This document shows positions 24,494-38,607 of a DNA stretch of 64,000 bases, one piece after another. The DNA comes from Eledone cirrhosa. Taxonomy: Eukaryota. The stretch spans positions 46,686,001 through 46,750,000 of the forward strand of contig OZ024742.1 of assembly GCA_964016885.1 (NCBI GenBank), given 5' to 3'. The notes beneath the pieces are model-generated. The model was not told the DNA's origin, made no database searches, and worked only from the letters and a program-made list of their open reading frames with translations. The position numbers and the translations under genes are program-made. Numbering within the stretch: position 1 is the stretch's first letter; each line of letters opens with the position of its first letter.

Positions 24494-24895
24494 AAGTTAA
24501 ATAAAAGTCAAATGATTAAAATTTAGCTTCGTTTATTACTGCTATATATATTTCAGTGACAGCCATCTTTGGCTGTGACCTCTTCAGGCAGTTTGAATTA
24601 GTATGGTATAGACAAGTACATATGTTGTTTAGGTGTATGATATTGTCAATACTCTGATATGCCCAGTTCCTTGTTGGGTTGTTAATTCACTGGGGAACTG
24701 GAGTCATATGACTCCAGTTGAAATATATATAGCAGTAATAAACGAAGCTAAATTTTAATCATTTGACTTTTATTTAACTTTATTTTACACTACTCCGGAG
24801 TAACCAAACAAACCTGCGCACTTCGTCGAGTGCTCCAGCCTGCATACTGACGTGTTGGTATACAACCAACATAAACTCAAAATCTCTCTCTCTAT
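24488..24895. mobile_element. Short inverted-repeat element with HHR at 24538-24592 (- strand)
   Basis: 24488-24555 is inverted relative to 24719-24786; reverse complement ACTGC-CTGAAGA-..CAGCCA AAGA TGGCTG..-GAAA-TATATA-TA-GCAGT. Confidence 0.85.
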
Positions 24896-24915
24896 ATATA
24901 TATATATACATATAT

Positions 24916-24978
<63 letters not shown>

Positions 24979-25131
24979 TAAAAAAATACGTGGGAGAAAT
25001 ATAGGAAACAGAAAACGTGAGAGGGACAAATACTTGGATGCTCATCAGTTGTCTTTCTGGGGATCATTATAGATTCAGATGCTTTATAAGACAGGACTAT
25101 TCACTACCAGTGCATCAATAGAAACCGCAGG

Positions 25132-25132
25132 G

Positions 25133-25188
<56 letters not shown>

Positions 25189-25310
25189 CTTCTTCTTCTT
25201 CTTCTTCTTCTTCTTCTTCTTCTTCTTCTTCTTCTTCTTCTTCTTCTTCTTCTTCTTCTTCTTCTTCTTCTTCTTCTTCTTCTTCTTCTTCTTCTTCTTC
25301 TTCTTCTTCT
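25132..25310. repeat. Compound (GTT)n(CTT)n microsatellite, likely RTE 3' tail
   Basis: Direct observation; abuts the 3' end of the RTE fragment. Confidence 0.95.
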
Positions 25311-26170
25311 GTGAAAGCCCTGGGGTCAGAACCCTCAAACACACCTTCCAGTGGGTCTTGTCAGAAGCAGCCGTCTCCAATTGATACGGCTGAATCCCCA
25401 ATCTCATGCATATTATCCAACCATCTTGTTGGGGGTCTACCCCTGGGTCTCCTGCCGGTTGGATTTACCGGTAAATTTGTCCAGCGATTCTTATATCCAC
25501 ATGCCCACAGTATCAGGGCTGTGATCAGAGCTGTGATTCCGAGAAGTAGCGGCTCTACCCGGTGTAACCCAATTTCTGCTGCTTGTATTCGCGATCGTAT
25601 TCTTTCGGTTATTACCCAAGATTCATGACCATAGGTAAGGGTTGGCAGGTATACCGAATAGAGGATAGCGAGTTTGGCTTTTATGGCTGCCTCCCTTCTT
25701 CTGATTACCGAATGCTGAAGCTGGCGCATTACTGTAGCAGCAACAGCAGCAGCATCAGCAGCATCCTGCAATTCTTGCACTTATTGCAGCATCCTGACTT
25801 CCATCACTCGTGAACACAGCCCTAAGATACTAGAACTTCTCCACCTACTTCAGCGGAATTCCATTCACATGTAGAGTGAAATGTGCAGGCTTCCTGAAGA
25901 GGATGAGTGTCTCATTTTTCGCAGCACTGATGGTCATTCAAGCCATGATGCACTCGGCATCAAACCTGTCAAGTTAAGGAAAAACATGTCGTCTGCAACT
26001 TCCAATCGACTGATTTTACACCGGCCAGTCATGGTACCACTTCCAACCCGGCTGCGAAAATCAATCCTGTTCATGTAAAAATGTACAGGAGAGGTGACAG
26101 TACGTACCCTTGGCAGAGTCAGACTCCCACATTGAATGGTTTCGATTTATCACAAATACTCTGGCATTCG
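25311..26170 (-). mobile_element. RTE-clade (Rex3/Expander-like) LINE 3' fragment, decayed
   Basis: KAKLAILYSVYLPTLTYGHESWVITERIRSRIQAAE, GRRPRGRPPTRWLD; upstream QG..LSPLL and ADD remnants. Confidence 0.8.
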
Positions 26171-26437
26171 TATAGAGACATCAGGGCAGGTCCCGAAGAA
26201 CGCGGTCGAATGCCTTTTCGAGAATATACCTCTTGGCAATACTCCCACGATTTCTCGAAGTCGGGAAAATTGCTACAATCGAAAACAACACAGATAAGGG
26301 CGAGGTAACCATAGTAGAAATGAAGGTATGAATTAAATTAATACTAGTTCGAGCAGTAAGCCGTAGAATTCATATTAATATGAGAGACATGGTGAAGATG
26401 GTGTAGGACGAAACAAAGAATAGACAAAAAATAAAAA

Positions 26438-26483
26438 CCCAGTCTCTGAGGAGGTCACAGAATGTGTGACGAAAGAGCTTTGG
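26438..26483 (+). ncRNA. Hammerhead-like motif
   Basis: CTGAGGA-G-GTCAC..GTGAC-GAAA-GAGC-TT; stem I pairing poor. Confidence 0.5.
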
Positions 26484-26699
26484 CAATATATACACAAACA
26501 TTGGCAATATATACACAACATATACACAAATATATAACCAGCCAACCGGAAATTTATAATAACTTGAAGTGAAAGCCAGAGGTACGTGTGTTTTTATTGG
26601 CAGCATGACCCTCCCAAAATATGACAATATATATATATATATATATGACTCTGATAACTTTGATAAGGTTTCGGGCAGTATTACCCTAGTCCATGTCTA

Positions 26700-26945
26700 C
26701 CTTAATAGCACCAGCTGGCGAAGATTTTCAAATCAGGATTTGGACACCATGGCCCATTCAAGTAGAGAGTTATTGTTTACGGAGTGATATCCTGGTGTAG
26801 GAGGTTTATCCGGGAGGAGTTTGTCCCAAGACGTTTTTATGGTGTCTCTTTCTTTTTTAATGTGTTTTGGTTTAATGTTAAAGAGAGCGGCACCAGTTGA
26901 GGTGAAATAATTGTGCCGTAATGTTGTTATGAGATGCGAGTTTGA
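26700..26945 (-). mobile_element. CR1/L2-group LINE C-terminal fragment
   Basis: TLRHNYFTSTGAALFNIKPKHIK..DKLLPDKPPTPGY..NNSLLEW resembles the recalled C-terminus of these ORF2 proteins. Confidence 0.6.
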
Positions 26946-26950
26946 TGAAT

Positions 26951-27210
<260 letters not shown>

Positions 27211-27705
27211 GACAATCAAAATGGAAATCGAGACAAATTATTGGTAGAATATTTTGAAATTTGTAACCCTAAAACAATTGAAATTAGTTGTGAGAGCTCT
27301 ATGAGATAATGAAGATTTACAATAAACAAAACTTAAAGCAAAATCAAAGCAGAAAATGAAAAATGGAAATTAAAAAATGTTATTTGCTATTTCTAGAGAT
27401 TCAGTTTTGACTTGAAAACTTAAACTAGTAACTAGGTGTTAGCATTTGTAATTTCTAAAAGCAGTCCACACACAAACAACATAAAACGGCTATTCATTGT
27501 TTAAGGTCAAGACACAAGAGAAAAATTAGTGCTTGCGCTTTCATTAATTTTATTTGCAATGTATTTGTTTATAAATACCATCGCCATTTTTATTATGTAA
27601 AATATAATTAATATGAAGAAAGAAAAATATTTCGATGCGTAACAAAAGTGAATGTTCTCTGGTTGTCATTAAGGAAACATTGAAATTATTCAAATGTGGG
27701 CTAAT

Positions 27706-27802
<97 letters not shown>

Positions 27803-29952
27803 TACAAATATAAACAAAGAATAAGGAAAAGAACAAAAGCAACTAGAAAATTTAGAAATAATAACGACAGTCAATATGAACAAAAATGAACTTTAAAACG
27901 ATGTTTTAGATATTTTTCATTTATATATTATTTTTTTGTTATCTTTCATAGCTTATACTTCAGATAATTGAAGAAATAAACAACATCGTTAGCTCACGTA
28001 AACCATCCACCTAAAATAAAACAAAGAACCATTTCCACTACACACACCAACAGATAAAAACTAATAAAATAAATAGAAATAGATATAAAAAATACGAGGA
28101 ACAATCGTCAAAACAATATCAATATCTGAAATAAATAAATAGTAAACAGAATGGGATAGAATACAACACAAAGAGAGAAAAAAAAACCCCAAAACAAGTT
28201 ATATGAACCAAATTTTTAGAAAACAATTTCCACCTCTCGTGAAAAAATAGAATAAAGTTTAAAGCCAAGTAAAAACCGAGAGAAATGTTAGCAAAAACAT
28301 AACGAAAGGAAATGTAAAAGCAAAGTCAGCCATTCATTGTATTGATATTTCACATCGCAATCAATGCAAGATAGGAAACGGAATATAAAGAAAAGTAATA
28401 TCAAAACATATAAATAAAATATAACGAACAAAACGATGTTTAGTTTATTTTCTTTTGTTTATGTTTTGGAATTTTTTCTTTATGTTTTACAAGCGCATGT
28501 CCTTTTTCTGCTATAACGTGTAGTTTTAGTAATAATCTAAATTTGGAAATTATTCTTGAACATTGATGGATGTTTTGTAATTTTTACTTCATTGCTTTTC
28601 TTTATTCAGAGAAATTATGAATGGCAAAGCTAGAAAATTTGAGGCAAATTAGTGCTTGTTGCTGAATGAGCGTAGATTAATTTTTCTCAATATGGAACTG
28701 TTTAAATGTTATTAATTACAGATAATAATTGTGATTCCTAATTAGGCATGTGGCTAATTAAGGAGAAATGAAGAAAGAAAAAGAGAAAAAAATTAATTTG
28801 TATTGTTTTTGTTTTCATGTTTCTAAATAAACAAAAATATGGTGTAGGAAAGTAGTACCATTCTGAGTGAGAATTGAAACTGTGCCGCAAAATTAACTTA
28901 ATGATGCTAGTCGTCCATCACAAACAAGAGAGATAAAGTAGAAACCAGAGCATATTATCCGATATTCTTGCTTTCTCAATGTCAAACATCCTCCATTGAG
29001 GATTCTGTGTTATTTTCACGATCATGTGTGTATATGCGTGTCTTTGAATGTGTAAATAAGAATGCACATTCTTGTGAATATATATGGATTCAATCATTTG
29101 TGTTTTCTTGAGTGTATGTGTGTGTGTATGTATGTATGTCTGTGTGTAAGTGTATGTGCATGTATGTATGAGTGTATGCCTGTATGTCTGTATGTATGCA
29201 TGTATGTATATATGCTTGTGTCTGTAATGTATTCCTCGGATGTGCGGGATATTCAATATTCCTAGTTATATTTCAGAAGTGTTTGGACTTCAGTCTTTCT
29301 TTTATTCAGCATTGATTTCTAACTTATCTCTTGTTCATGTATTACTGTAGATTGCTATAGCATAACCTGCAAAATATGACGCAATGTAATGGTTAGTTTT
29401 AGTTTGAAGTACTTTAGTGTAATTCCCTTAATTCTACTTGCCTCTCTTTGCTTGGGTTTTAGTATTTTACTTAACATATTACAAACTTATTATCCCCGAG
29501 TTACACTGATAGTTAGATAACAACTCAAATTAGATGCTAAATCTTTCACGTAAAGTTGTCAATAATTACAACTAATCAACGCCAATGTGGATCTTCAGAG
29601 AAATATCATTGCAATCATTATTATTGGGAATCTAATCATCAATATTCATCAGTAGTCTGAGTTTTATTGCTTGCATTCACTAGACAACAAAGCACATTTC
29701 CGTTCACCTCGGGTACATAGAGTGATTTGCTTAGGTTATGTATTTTATATTTTACTGGTATATTCCCAGTGTTAAGCAATGTAATTGTCTATATTTTGTG
29801 TATATGTGTATTATTATAGAGATTGTTTCTGGTTTCAACACCCACACACTAGTTGGGTGTATAGCAGTACAGGTGGTGGTGCAATCATGTAGCCAATTTC
29901 CCCATATCAGTGGCTCTGTGTCCATGCTAGAAGAAATTATATTTATTATCAT

Positions 29953-30060
29953 TTCTGAGTTCAAATCTCGCCGAGGTTAACTTTGCGGGGTCGATAAAAT
30001 AAAGTACCAGTAATGTACTGGGTAAATGCTGGCCTTGTGCCTAAAAATAGAAACAATTAT
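29953..30060 (+). mobile_element. SINE 3' half (further diverged copies near 32790-32895, 39528-39740, 40440-40520 -, 41915-42015, 46470-46560)
   Basis: ctgagttcaaatctcgccgaggttaactttg..gtcgataaaataaagtaccag. Confidence 0.8.
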
Positions 30061-30116
30061 CATTAAATATATACACTCTCACATATGTGTACACACACAC
30101 AGGCACACACACACAA

Positions 30117-30152
<36 letters not shown>

Positions 30153-30265
30153 TCATATCTACATATATATCTACACACAACACATAATATATATATATTT
30201 TTTCAAATAGAACTCAATGTAATCCGATGGCGAGTAATACATACATACATATATATATATATATA

Positions 30266-31102
30266 TCAAAGGTATATATTGAGTTAGGAACTCAAAATAG
30301 TCTCTTACAACATAATAGCTCTAAGAAAGAGATATTTCCAAGCCGTATATTATAATAGAATATAAAAGAAAAACGAACACAGACATATACATATATGTGT
30401 TCAAATCGTAAGGGATCGGATTCGCTAAGGTGAAAAGAATACTAACTATAGACAATTGGGTTCGCTTGTCTCAATTTAAGAAAAAATTAACAAAATAAAT
30501 ACAAACCGGAATTGTGGTAACTACCAATCACCCAGACAACTTGTTGTTTCGCAATGTTAATTGTGAATAGAATTACCAATTCAAGCTCATCAGTGGGTGA
30601 TGAATTAATATCCTAGAGACTTCTAAGTATATTAAGAAACTGAATAGTGTGCTATATATAAAATAGCGCACATGGTATCCTAGCGTGTCTCACAAACTTA
30701 CACCACTAAAAATAGCAGCCAGGTTTATTAGACATTTGAAATAACTCAACATATTAACGGAGCCGAATATATCAAAGGTATATGGTTAGTTAGGAACTCT
30801 TACAACAAAATAGCTCTAAGAAAGAGATATTTCCGAGCCGTATATTATAATAGAATATAAAAGAAAAACGAACACAGATATAAAAGAAAAACGAACACAG
30901 AAAAAATTAAGAAAATAAATACAAACCGGAATTGTGGTAACTACCAATCACCTAGACAACTTGTTTTCTTATTTTTTTCTTAAATTGAGACAAGCAAACC
31001 CAATTGTCTATAGTTAGTATTCTTTTCACCTTAGCGAATCCGATCCCTTACGATTTGAACACATATATGTATATGTCTGTGTTCGTTTTTCTTTTATATT
31101 CT

Positions 31103-31110
<8 letters not shown>
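30266..31110 (-). mobile_element. ~505 bp tandem/inverted HHR element, diverged relative of 22570-23636
   Basis: tcaaaggtatat..gttaggaactc at 30267 and 30772; 30965-31110 is inverted relative to ~30350-30500; shares atagctctaagaaa..gagccgta and tcgtaagg..gcta.ggtgaaaa..tactaacta blocks with the 22.6-23.6 kb element. Confidence 0.8.
30527..30601 (-). ncRNA. Canonical type I hammerhead ribozyme
   Basis: Reverse complement ATCACCCA-CTGATGA-GC..GC-GAAA-CAAC-AA-GTTG-TC-TGGGTGAT; 8 bp stem I, GTC triplet. Confidence 0.9.
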
Positions 31111-31147
<37 letters not shown>

Positions 31148-31671
31148 CATATATATATATTTACCTTCTTCTTCTTCTTCTTCTTCTTCTTCTTCTTCTT
31201 CTTCTTCTTCTTCTTCTTCTTCTTCTTCTTCTAAAACCTATATGGTGGTTACAACCTTTAGGTCCGTTATTTTCTCATTCGATATATATTTTTATAGACT
31301 ATCTTTAATTGCGAATTTATCTCCTTGATATCTTCTTTTACCACTACATATATCTAATCATCTCTCTCTATATATATTACCCTATCTGCTTCCTCTTTTT
31401 GAAATCTTTCACACTCAAAGTACACAACCATCACAAAATGGTGTCAATATAGTCTGAGGGTCCGGAGAATGAGTTAGAAATATCTGATCTAGGCAGCCAA
31501 AGAAACATTTATACCTAAATGACTGCATAGTTAGTGAAATATACCATCCTCTTTATCTCATATGCATCTCTGTCCTTCTCTCTCTATAGCGAGAGAGAGA
31601 GACAGAGATGCACACACACTCGTACTCGCACCGACACATATGTATAAATAAATATAACACACACACACACA

Positions 31672-31734
<63 letters not shown>

Positions 31735-31738
<4 letters not shown>

Positions 31739-32427
31739 GTTTGGAGTTAGAAGGCCAAAACAATGCAGGTATGGATATAGAATATAAATACAAATGCAAA
31801 AGATATTGCTGACAATTAGTCTTTTACCTTAAATGTATTTGAATATCCTTAATTTTTGAGATAATATCTCTTCTTCGGAGGGTAGTAAAGGGGTTAATCC
31901 AGTGTTCTAATTAGCTTGCCAAGTCATGCTGACAGGAAATGGTATAGAAATTCCATTCTATTTCTAATGTCTAAGAGTGAACGTTAGGTAGATAAAAAGT
32001 TGTCCCCCTTTAAAAAGGGGTTTGGACATGTATGTTTAAGTGTGTGTGGGAGAAAACGTGAAGATGTAAGCATGCGTGTGTGTGTGCGTGTGTGTATGTG
32101 TGGGAGTGTGAGAGGATATGTTTATATGTAAATGTGGGGGCTAGATGCTCTATCATGTTAAAACTGGTCTTTGTGTGTGTATGTGTGACATTAGAAATAG
32201 AATGGAATTTCTATACCATTTCCTATCAGCATGACTTGGCAAGCTAATTAGAACACTGGATGAATCCTTTTACTTCCCTTCGAAGAAGAGATATTATCTC
32301 GAAAATTAAGGATATTCAAATAAATTTAAGGTAAAAGACTAATTGTCAGCAATATCATTTGCATTTGTATATAATATACTATATCCATACCTGCATTGTT
32401 TTGGCCTTCTAACTCCAAACGTTTATA
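31735..32427. mobile_element. Inverted-repeat element (~236 bp arms, ~217 bp spacer) with degenerate minimal HHR
   Basis: 31735-31970 is inverted relative to 32188-32427; consensus CCT-CCGAAGA-A-GAGAT-ATT-ATCTC-GAAA-A-TT-A-AGG, each arm with one core mutation. Confidence 0.8.
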
Positions 32428-32466
32428 CTTCATTACGCAATGCTTCAAGTAAACTACAATTTCTTG

Positions 32467-32550
<84 letters not shown>

Positions 32551-32979
32551 TACAGTGAATAACATACTTCGATCGAATAAATATTTAATCATATTCAGAA
32601 TATAAAGTTTTTATTTTACATTTCAATTTATAAAGTTAGAAATATAATAAAAGTTGAAAGTTAAGTGATATATATTTCTTATGGAATAACTAGTAACAAG
32701 AGGTTATTATGGTTTCACAGAAAGAATATATTATCTAGTTTAGTGTAGCTTTACTTTTCAGTAGAAAGCCGCATTAGAAAGTCGAATAGAATGCGTTGCA
32801 GTATTCGTTGTAACCCACTGAATTCATGAATTTCAACCTTTCGAGTTTCGATAAAAATGTTGCACTCCTGTACTGGGGTCGATTATTCGTCAATACTTCT
32901 TTCTGACTTCCTTTATACCACTCTCTCTCTTTCTCTGGAAGAAATTGGTTGTGATCAGAGATGGGGAGAGAATGGGCTA

Positions 32980-35000
32980 CATACATACTTACATACACAT
33001 ATGGTGGCTGCCAACTCGTTTTCGAGTATGGCCACTACTTTATATCCATGTAGGAGAACCCCTACCGATGCGCTGAACGAGTGTAACTTTTTAGTCCAGC
33101 CAGCGACTTGAAAACTCTGGTACAAACACTACACTTGTGACAATTATTGACATATAGTGCTGGGCCCATGGTACCATGTGACGACAAGTGCAGAGAGATC
33201 TCCAGATATAAAGCAATGCCTGTGCCGTGAAGCTTTTATAGTGAGCAAAGGCACTGCACAAAGCCAGTCCCACTCTCTTAACCAAGATGATATTTACCAA
33301 AAAGAAGAACAAGTCAACATCATTGGATACCATCAGGGTTGCAGGTGTTATAGAGTTTTCCTTCTCCTAGAATTCTGCCTTGACAAAGGCTAAGGGGTCA
33401 TCTCTCCCGGTGATTTTGGATGGCCATAGACTCTTAAGAGCTCCTTTGCCCTTTGACAGGTTTTGTTTTTAGTCCTGCAGGATGTCCAAAGTCACCCTCC
33501 TCACCAAGAAACCTTGGTGGGGTTGCCAGTTTAGTCGCCAACGATCCGACCATGAGACAGGTTGTACTGGGATACATGTTACCAGTAGCACCAGCTGGTG
33601 ACCTGACATACACATATACATATATACATACACACATACATGATGGTTGCCCCCTCGTTATCGAGTATGGCCATTGCATGATATAACATTATTAATAATT
33701 ATCAATTAATGCTATCGTGCAATGCCTGTGCGTGAAGAATTTTTTAAAAGTGAGGAAGAACTGTGCACTGAGCCACTCCCACTCTCTGAGCGACAGTAGT
33801 TATAACCCGAAAAGAAGAAAAGATCAACATCATCGGTAACTACTGAGCCGCAGGTTTTATGTCAGAGTTATCCCAGTTTCCTGAGTTGCCTTCTCCTAGA
33901 AGAATGCCCTGACAAAGGCTAGGGGTCATTCACTCCCAGTGGTTTGAACGCGATCGGGTATCCAGCCCGATTATATCTATGTCCCCGCGCATATGATGGC
34001 TGCAAACTCTGCCAAGAGTACTGAAATTGCTTGGAGGATTATAGAGTTTGGTGCACTTTTAGGCTACGGCCAGTCACACAAGCCTGTAATATACCCTGAA
34101 AAAGCAATGCTTGTGCTTTGAATGTTTTTTAAGTGGGGAAAGGCCTTGTACTCGACAAATCCCACTCTCCGAGCATCGAGAACACTAACCGAAAAGGAGA
34201 ACTGGTCAACATCATCGAAGGTGTTGTGACAACAACTGGGGGCCTTTCACCCCAGGTGAAAAGAAAAAGAAAAGTACTATTTGGATGGCCGTTGACTCTA
34301 CTGAGTTCCTCCGCCCTTTGCTGGGACTTGTATTTCATCCTGCAGGGTGTCTAAATATGACCCTCCTCACCAAACAAGGCTGATGGGGTTGCCGGTTTAG
34401 TCGCCGACGACCCAACCATATACGTACATACATACATGATGGCTGCAACTCGATTTCGAGTGATGCCATCGCTTGATACTTAAGCATGAGTATCACGGAC
34501 GTGATGTTTTAGTCCAGCTAGGGACTTATCTATAGCTAGCAATAGTATGCATAGCAATACATGTCACATATCAAACGATGCCTGTGCTTGAAGTTTTTTT
34601 TAAGTGAGGAAAGGCTTTGCACGGAGCCAATCCCACTCTCTGAACATCGAACGCATTTGCCCCAAAAGAAGAACCGGTCTACATTTTTAGATGCAAATGA
34701 AGCAGAAGGTTTTAAATCGGAGTGATCTTCTCCTAAAGAGATGTTTTAAAGAAGACTAGGAGTCTCTCGCTTCACAAAGAAACAAACTTTATTGGATGGC
34801 CGTTTACTCCGCCCTTTGACAGATTTTGTTTTTCATCCTGCAGGGTGTCCAAAATCACCCTCCTCACCAAGCAAGTTTGGTGGGGTTGCCGGTTTAGTCA
34901 CCGACGATTCGACCATGCACAGGTTGTACTGGGTTAAATGATACCAGTAGTGTTGAAGAACCACCTGACACAAACATACATAATACACATATACATACTC
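32980..35000 (-). mobile_element. Tandem cluster of four non-autonomous RTE-related elements with (TATG)n tails
   Basis: Recurrent blocks CTAGGAGAAG(GAAAACTC) (RTE 5'UTR-like), gcgactaaac.ggcaacccca, and a 3' hairpin tggccatactcga..cgag..gcagcca + (TATG)n; no ORF; a solo 3' end at 38628-38706 (+). Confidence 0.7.
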
Positions 35001-35479
35001 ATATACATACATACATGCATGCATACATACATACACACATATATACTTACATGCATACCCGCATATTTACAAGGAACTGGCATTATGAGTTAAATAACGC
35101 CAATTAAATTCCTTCATCCCTGCACCGATCAAGTTTCCCGGAAACGGTGATTAGAGGGCGTTTGATGGTGTGTGAGGTTTGTATCATACTGTTGCAGCAG
35201 TGAGATAGATCACCCAATCTAAAGAATTGATTTGCAGGCAGATATTGATAGGAATATTTAGACGTTCTACATGTTCGTGGTACCGGCGCTCTAAGGAAAG
35301 ATTTTCAGGAGAGATTTTATGGGCAAAACCAACCAACAGATCTCTACAACAGAGCATGTTTTAAATGTATGGTCTCAAACAACAATACCAGTTCATGCGA
35401 TTCTTTACTGTTTTTCCTGGATCACTTCGTTGATTTGTAACTGCTCTAGAGAGCCTCACACTTCCTTCTTTCCTCAGGT

Positions 35480-36520
35480 GTTATAATGTTGTTAGTGACA
35501 CAATGATCATGCAAGAACGGATTGAGGCACCCACTGTATAATCTATACTAGATATAGTCGTAAGTTAGTTGTTGGGCGGTCATTTTAAGCAAGACTGGTT
35601 TGGTTATTTTTGACTATGTGGAGGGTAGTGGTAGTTGATAACCATTCGGAAAGTCCTTCGTTAGTGATACTTTCTTCATCCAACGTATGAGATCTCACTG
35701 ATAATATGTATTTTTTAAGGTTTTCCTGATGTGTGAAATTGTCCTCGGTGTTACATTTTATAACTACAATGGTCTGTGAGATACTTTTTCGCTGGTACAA
35801 AAATTTAATTTTTAAGTCAGGTGCCCGTGCTGGTTCGAGCTTTTTGCTTGTATCTCGATTGCGTGACTTCAGCTCTTTTCGATACACTAGCCATGTGATA
35901 GCTGAGACATTAAAAGCTTAGCGGTTTCACATATTTTGATAACGCTGGACAGTGTAGCATGCAGATAATTGTCTGCTATTTCATTTACTGCCTCCAATTA
36001 TAATTTACGGAATTCTATACATAGACTCTTGATGTATGACCTGTCATTTAAATTATGGTTGGGGGTCTGTTGAAACATTATCTTAGATCACCTGTAAAGT
36101 GTCCACACGTCTTTGGTGTTCCTTTTTGGTGTTTGTATACTAGAGGTATAAACTTCAGCTTAATTGTTGATGTGCTGTTTACTACTAGATTTAGCTGACC
36201 ATTCTACCTGTCTATCAGTGGACGCGTGATGATTATGTTCAATGGCTGGCTTTATAGTGCCATCCTGCTTTGAATCAGACAGTTCTGTTAAATTTATGAA
36301 TTTGCATATAATGTAAATTGATTGTATATGTAACTGTTTTGGAGAAACGTCCAATTCTGGGTGTTATGCCTTTGCATAAAACCAAAACGTTTTGCCGTCA
36401 GATTTTATAATGTTTCATATAAATGTTTGTTAAGACTGTAGCCCCATTGTACACAATCATTTAGCCATTATCATTTCGTCTATTCACTGAAATTTGTATC
36501 TATGTTTCAAAATAGACGAA
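35480..36520 (-). pseudogene. Possible highly decayed piggyBac-like transposase
   Basis: Multi-frame remnants IDEMIM, AVNEI/RQLSACYTVQR, FNVSAITWLVYR, and a C-terminal PFLHDHCV; resemble piggyBac DE, GGVD..DQ...Y...R and D.S..NAW..Y motifs. No TIRs found. Confidence 0.4.
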
Positions 36521-36981
36521 GTTTTGTGAAAATTAAACTTACAGTTGTTTACAGCTGGGATAATCTTTCCTCTCAGGTTGTTTTTAATTCTACAATTGTA
36601 TTTAAAAGTTCATATTTAGCTTTCATTTTGTGAATGGTTTTGAAACGTTACATGGCTTATTTATGTGTACAACGTTATAGCGCCGTGTTTATATAAATAT
36701 ATTAAAATGTATTCAACATTTATATAGATACATTACAATGTATGTAATGTTTAAGCATATATGTAGAAATATTCGTGTGTAATCTAACTGCATTCTGTAG
36801 CAAAAACGTTTTCCAATATAAGATATATTTTCTTCATATAAACAGTAATTACACACATCCGATTATCAGACTGATCACATTAGTCGCCATTTTATGTATG
36901 TATGCATGTATGTACGTATGTATGTAAGTATGTATGTATGTATGTATGTATGTATGTATGCATATATGTATGTATGTATGC

Positions 36982-38350
36982 ATGTTCTACTGGTTTTATA
37001 ATTTCACAAATGTTTGCCAATAGAGAGAGTCGGTTTCTAACATAGACACAAGACTCTCTCATTGGAATTTACACAACATGAACTAGGTAGATATGTATGC
37101 ATGTTTGCATGCATGTGTAGATATGGATGTTATTGTATGTGTGGATGTGGATGTTTTGAGTTGTATGTGTGCATGTGTATATGCTTAGTATCTGTATATG
37201 CAGTTATTAGATGAAACATTTTTGGAATCTTTTATATATTTTTACTGTTCCATTAATGTATTGTACTTGTAATTTCCTAACTAGTTGTGTTCTTTCTGTT
37301 TCTGTGAAGCCCAGCTTCTCAAGATTTGTATTGAGGTAGTTACTAACATACCCCAGTGCCCCAATAATCACAGGCATAAATCTGAAGGTATAATCAGGGT
37401 GGAGTATCTGCATATTTCTCATCAGTTCTGCATAAATATTCTCCTTTTCGCTAATCTTTGATATTATATTGGCATCTGCTGGGCAGCTAACTTCCACTAC
37501 TTTGCATGCTTTCTTCTCCCTGTCCCATACCATAATATCTGGTCTGTTATGCCTGCATTTTATTGGGGTTTTTACTGGAACATTCCACTCTTTCATATTA
37601 TATATATGTATGTCTTCCACATTGCTGTAGCTTTTAATGTGTTTATTATCGGGGCTATCTATTCTACGGATTGCATTGTACAGTGTTTTGGCCAGTACAC
37701 CATGCCTCATAGGTAGATATGACATCTTTGGACATGGGTGACATCCTCGATGTTAATTCTGCAGAGACTGCACTTGTTATCACATCTAGGTGTTTTGCCT
37801 CCATCCCTATCTCTTTTGTGAATCAGGTATTTCGTGTTGATTTCCTGTTCTTGGATTGCAAAAGCGTATCCTTCAAAGTGGGAGCCAATATAGCGGTTGT
37901 TGGTCCAAGATAGACTACTTTCTTTATCTATATTACTCTCACTCTGGAGCTTCCTGGCAACATATCAACGCACGATTTTTTGCTGATAAGCATGCAGTTT
38001 TTCATCCATGGATTCACTGCGATACTGCTGAGCAACTTCACTGGGTGTGAGTTTTTGATTATCACACAGAGAATACCTCTCGAGGAGTTCCTTCCCAACT
38101 CTCATGATCTTATCTGTTTCATGCAGATAGACTTGCTCGAGAGACGGGCTCCTACGGTTTGAGGTTCGTAGATGTTGTCGGAGGGATATGATGCGATATT
38201 CAAATGTTGTCTGGACTGATGTTAGGCCTCTTCCTCCCTGTTTACGTTTCAAGTAAAGGCGGTCTATGTCACTGTTGATGTGGAAGTTTCCGGTGTTGTT
38301 TAGTTATTTTCGAGTTCTAGCATCAATCGCTCGGATTTCGTCTATCTCAA
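36982..38350 (-). mobile_element. 5'-truncated R4/Dong-type (RLE) LINE flanked by (TATG)n
   Basis: KRKQGGRGL; YLPMRH; HNRPDIMVWD..KVVEVSCPAD..KENIY..PVIIGALG (restriction-like endonuclease). Confidence 0.88.
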
Positions 38351-38429
38351 TGTATGTATGTATGTATGTATGTATGTATGTATGTATGTATGTATGTATG
38401 TATGTATTTATGTATGTATGTTTTTTTTA

Positions 38430-38540
38430 AAAATTTTTATTTTCTTTTACACGCAGAAATGCCCATTTGTACCGTCCTGTATTGTCCTGTACTGTCCTTA
38501 ATGTCTACTTTATGTGAACCCTTGTGGTTAATAAAGAAAA

Positions 38541-38605
<65 letters not shown>
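38430..38605 (+). mobile_element. Isolated 3' end of Tx1 family B with (ATT)n tail
   Basis: Near-identical to 61575-61713 and to the reverse complement of 48345-48495. Confidence 0.9.

Positions 38606-38607
<2 letters not shown>

Noticed and set aside
28670-28765. Cluster of TAATTA homeodomain-like sites
   Set aside because: Expected by chance in sequence this AT-rich; no conservation evidence.
33490-33530. Twister ribozyme suggested by GAGGAGGG on the - strand
   Set aside because: No GGTCCCAAGCC-type P4 or matching 5' strand; the motif is part of a simple hairpin.
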